Assembly (NCBI GenBank): GCA_018985225.1
Contig: JADGIF010000380.1
Location: 1 to 9,640, forward strand
DNA length: 9,640 nt
Reading direction: 5' to 3'
Source of the DNA: Amoeboradix gromovi X-113
Lineage: Eukaryota > Fungi > Sanchytriomycota
Shown here: piece after piece, positions 8,802 through 9,640 of the stretch
Layout: every line of letters begins with the position of its first letter
Numbering within the stretch: position 1 is the stretch's first letter
Made by a program: the position numbers and the translations under genes
Notes under the pieces: generated by a model
Seen by the model: the letters and a program-made list of their open reading frames with translations, nothing else
Told to the model about the DNA's origin: nothing
The model's database searches: none

Positions 8802-8965
8802 AGCTTGACTATTTTCTTGAATAAATCATTTATCGCGAATTTGTATATATTTTTGTATGATTTCATGACTTTTCCAGATTTTTCTAATAGCTTAAATACT
8901 TGATATTCTTCCTTTTCGCAAATGGTAAATCAAATCTAAAAAATAACTAGCAGGTACAGCATACA
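8802..8965. repeat. Copy B of the ~165-bp repeat, inverted relative to 218-382
   Basis: ~88% identity to copy A. The minus strand reads FTICEKEEYQVFKLLEKSGKVMKSYKNIYKFAINDLFKKIVKLFI*. Confidence 0.97.
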
Positions 8966-9066
8966 AAGACATATGATCTGATATACTTACCCTCGTTCAA
9001 TACGAGCCAGATGCTAAGATAGATAGAGACCATATGGCAGCAAGGAACATATACATCAAGTATCTG
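8963..9066 (+). pseudogene. Internally deleted Fanzor/TnpB (Fanzor2-like) fragment: RuvC-II LPxF segment joined to RuvC-III
   Basis: 8963-9019 reads TKTYDLIYLPSFNTSQMLR. In another frame, 9016-9066 reads KIDRDHMAARNIYIKYL (DRDxNAARNI-type motif). The E.YTS and zinc-finger region that normally lies between them is absent. Confidence 0.85.
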
Positions 9067-9074
9067 CATCCTTA

Positions 9075-9180
9075 TTCAATCCCGCCTCAGGGTTGTGAAA
9101 GCGTGAGCAATCACTGTAACGGAGATCTAGCATTGCTAGTTTCTCTCTGGAAATTCTCGACTTTCTCGGAAATCAGGACT
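9075..9180 (+). ncRNA. Candidate Fanzor omegaRNA scaffold (boundaries approximate)
   Basis: Lies directly 3' of RuvC-III. Contains a GTGA-GCAA-TCAC GNRA hairpin (9103-9114) inside GTTGT/GTAAC pairing, GAGA-T-CTAGC-ATT-GCTAG-TT-TCTC (9122-9145), and a weaker stem at ~9146-9170. Confidence 0.5.
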
Positions 9181-9512
9181 TTTAACGAGCAGGCAAATGC
9201 TTAATAAATATCTTCAGCTTAACTAGGAATTTCAATTACTTTTCGAGAAAAGAGAGTTAACAACAGCGTTCTGAAGAGACATAGCCCTTGATCACACAAA
9301 GTGTCTGCAGTACACTCTTTAAAAGCTAGAATCCCACTTGAGAGATTTTAGGTAATTGTTTGAGTTAATCAGGTTATGAAATTGGACAAAAGGAAAAAAG
9401 CTTTTGGTTTTGTTTATTTGTAGGCATCCTTGAATGAGAAACTTAAGAAATAGAGTGGATTCGAACAAAATGCTTCCTACAATTACAATAAATGGGACAC
9501 CAAATATAAAAA

Positions 9513-9638
9513 CTAGACTAACTCTTTTTTGAAGGCGCTCCATACGGAAGAAATGCTATCATTAATAAAAGATCTTCTATTATACCAATTTTCTTTCATT
9601 GATTGTATTCCTCTTTTCAAAATAAAACTAGAAGACCC
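9513..9638 (-). CDS. Possible 3' end of a gene entering from the right edge
   Basis: The frame is open from the window edge: GSSSFILKRGIQSMKENWYNRRSFINDSISSVWSAFKKELV*. No recognisable homology. Confidence 0.3.
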   Translation of the reverse strand, partial: GSSSFILKRGIQSMKENWYNRRSFINDSISSVWSAFKKELV

Positions 9639-9640
9639 TA

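Noticed and set aside
218-8965. The 165-bp repeats as true terminal inverted repeats of one giant transposon
   Set aside because: Fanzor sequence continues outside both copies, no TSD is visible and no transposase lies between them. They look like internal parts of two separate elements.
9319-9543. 74-aa minus-strand hydrophobic ORF
   Set aside because: No recognisable motif, composition expected from T-rich DNA, and it overlaps an alternative candidate gene end.
1-9640. CRISPR array, tRNA or rRNA genes
   Set aside because: No regularly spaced direct repeats, cloverleaf or rRNA-like sequence was seen by eye.

Overview
This is an AT-rich, very compact eukaryotic window using the standard genetic code. 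It most resembles a zoosporic fungus or fungal relative, which is an inference. The core is four tightly packed genes with spacers of 29, 5 and 47 bp: a mitochondrial 2-oxoglutarate dehydrogenase E2 (KGD2/DLST, minus strand) with two lipoyl domains, a small LRR-like ORF, a 1028-aa multi-Ig/ASH-like protein, and a DENN-domain Rab GEF. The ORF track truncates KGD2 and DENN because each has one 19-nt GT-AG intron near its 3' end. The block is bracketed by a ~165-bp inverted repeat (218-382 / 8802-8965, ~88% identical by hand alignment). Just outside each copy, pointing outward, is a decayed Fanzor/TnpB RNA-guided nuclease fragment that the ORF track misses. The left fragment has the E-x-F-T-S motif and zinc finger. 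The right fragment has the LPxF segment fused by deletion to the DRDxxAARNI RuvC-III motif, followed by hairpins that may be an omegaRNA scaffold. On its opposite strand the shared repeat reads like a hAT transposase fragment, suggesting a possible hAT-Fanzor2 composite element family. All calls were made by eye, without database searches.
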